NCBI GenBank assembly: GCA_017999835.1
Contig: JAGNLA010000006.1
Span: 1-64,000, forward strand
DNA length: 64,000 nt
Direction of reading: 5' to 3'
From: Caldisericia bacterium
GTDB taxonomy: Bacteria; Caldisericota; Caldisericia; JAAYUI01
This document shows positions 63,376-64,000 of this stretch, piece after piece. A program made the position numbers and the translations under genes. How positions within the stretch are numbered: position 1 is the first letter of the stretch; each line of letters begins with the position of its first letter. Under the pieces are notes generated by a model. It searched no databases and was not told the DNA's origin. It saw only the letters and a list, made by a program, of their open reading frames with translations.

Positions 63376-64000
63376 ATGGAATGTACTGATCAGGATCGCA
63401 AGTGTGTGATTTGTGGCAAGCAGTTCGATTGCCAGGAGCTGGTGCCTGGGGAGTCGGTAAGGGAAGCTATCGTCAAGGAGATAAGGAAAGACTACCCTGA
63501 CTGGAATCAGGATTGCTACATCTGTCAGCCCGATCTGGCCACATACAGGGCAAAATATGTCCACAACCTGTTGGTGTCTGAAAAAGGTGAGTTGTCAACT
63601 CTTGAACAGGATGTTCTGACCAGCATTCGAGACCATGAAATACTCTCAAAAAACGTTGATTCTGATCTTGACCAGAAATGGACTTTTGGCGAAAAACTGG
63701 CAGACAAGCTGGCTTCTTTTGGCGGAAGCTGGACTTTCCTCATCTGCTTTGGTTTGTTTCTTGTATTCTGGATAATCCTCAACACGGTCATCCTTTTGGT
63801 TAGGCCTCCAGACCCATACCCCTTTATCTTGCTCAACCTGGTTTTGTCGTGCCTTGCTGCCATCCAGGCACCGGTTATCATGATGAGCCAAAACAGGCAG
63901 GAATCAAAGGACAGGCTAAGATCCCAGCATGACTATCAGATAAACCTGAAAGCTGAGCTTGAGATAAGGCATCTCCATGAGAAAATCGACCACCTTCTGT
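63376..64000 (+). CDS. DUF1003-family membrane protein with N-terminal zinc ribbon (3' partial)
   Basis: GGAGG RBS. CxxC...CxxC at the N-terminus. ADKLASFGGSWTFLICF...ILLNLVLSCLAAIQAPVIMMSQNRQ...RDR...DYQINLKAE matches the DUF1003 signature. The gene runs off the end of the window. Confidence 0.65.
   Translation, partial: MECTDQDRKCVICGKQFDCQELVPGESVREAIVKEIRKDYPDWNQDCYICQPDLATYRAKYVHNLLVSEKGELSTLEQDVLTSIRDHEILSKNVDSDLDQKWTFGEKLADKLASFGGSWTFLICFGLFLVFWIILNTVILLVRPPDPYPFILLNLVLSCLAAIQAPVIMMSQNRQESKDRLRSQHDYQINLKAELEIRHLHEKIDHLL

Overview
This 64 kb window is bacterial chromosome at roughly mid-40s % GC. It is probably from an anaerobic amino-acid fermenter, because glutamate dehydrogenase sits beside etfBA; the phylum cannot be determined from sequence alone. 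A 23S-5S rRNA operon with its own tandem sigma70-like promoters and no 16S gene upstream splits the window. A ~2 kb, very AT-rich (~27% GC) restriction-modification island is inserted directly after the 5S gene: a C5-cytosine methyltransferase frameshifted at a T7 tract, then a PD-(D/E)xK endonuclease.

Housekeeping and transport genes are recognisable: flotillin/NfeD, gdhA, etfB/etfA, trxA, purD/purE, a parvulin PPIase, an Fpg/Nei-like glycosylase, an MgtA-type P-type ATPase, a frameshifted amt, MFS and EamA transporters, and a rhodanese.

The accessory content is dominated by a surface proteome built on one reused domain. Five large secreted proteins carry a copper-amine-oxidase-N1-like (stalk / cell-wall-association) domain:
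- a 1357-aa beta-helix protein;
- two NHL-repeat paralogs;
- two adjacent giants of 1523 and 1228 aa, assembled from a previously undescribed ~110-aa cysteine-rich module that begins with vicinal Cys-Cys (CC[DE][FY] or CCxxCC).

The most unusual locus is a tandem pair of membrane proteins downstream of a TetR regulator. They share a 260-bp, 100%-identical 5' segment encoding an identical 87-aa zinc-ribbon cytoplasmic domain, fused to divergent ~450-600-aa ectodomains.

Other oddities:
- a translationally coupled three-gene cluster: PPDK_N/ATP-grasp protein, AT-rich hypothetical with an Rx4H motif, and an EamA exporter;
- a chimeric protein with an RNAP alpha-CTD-like domain plus sigma70 region 4;
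- a REC-DUF4388 regulator following the beta-helix gene;
- a Q/N-rich repeat protein;
- an Fpg-like protein lacking the catalytic Pro2.

No CRISPR array, tRNA or transposase was recognised.
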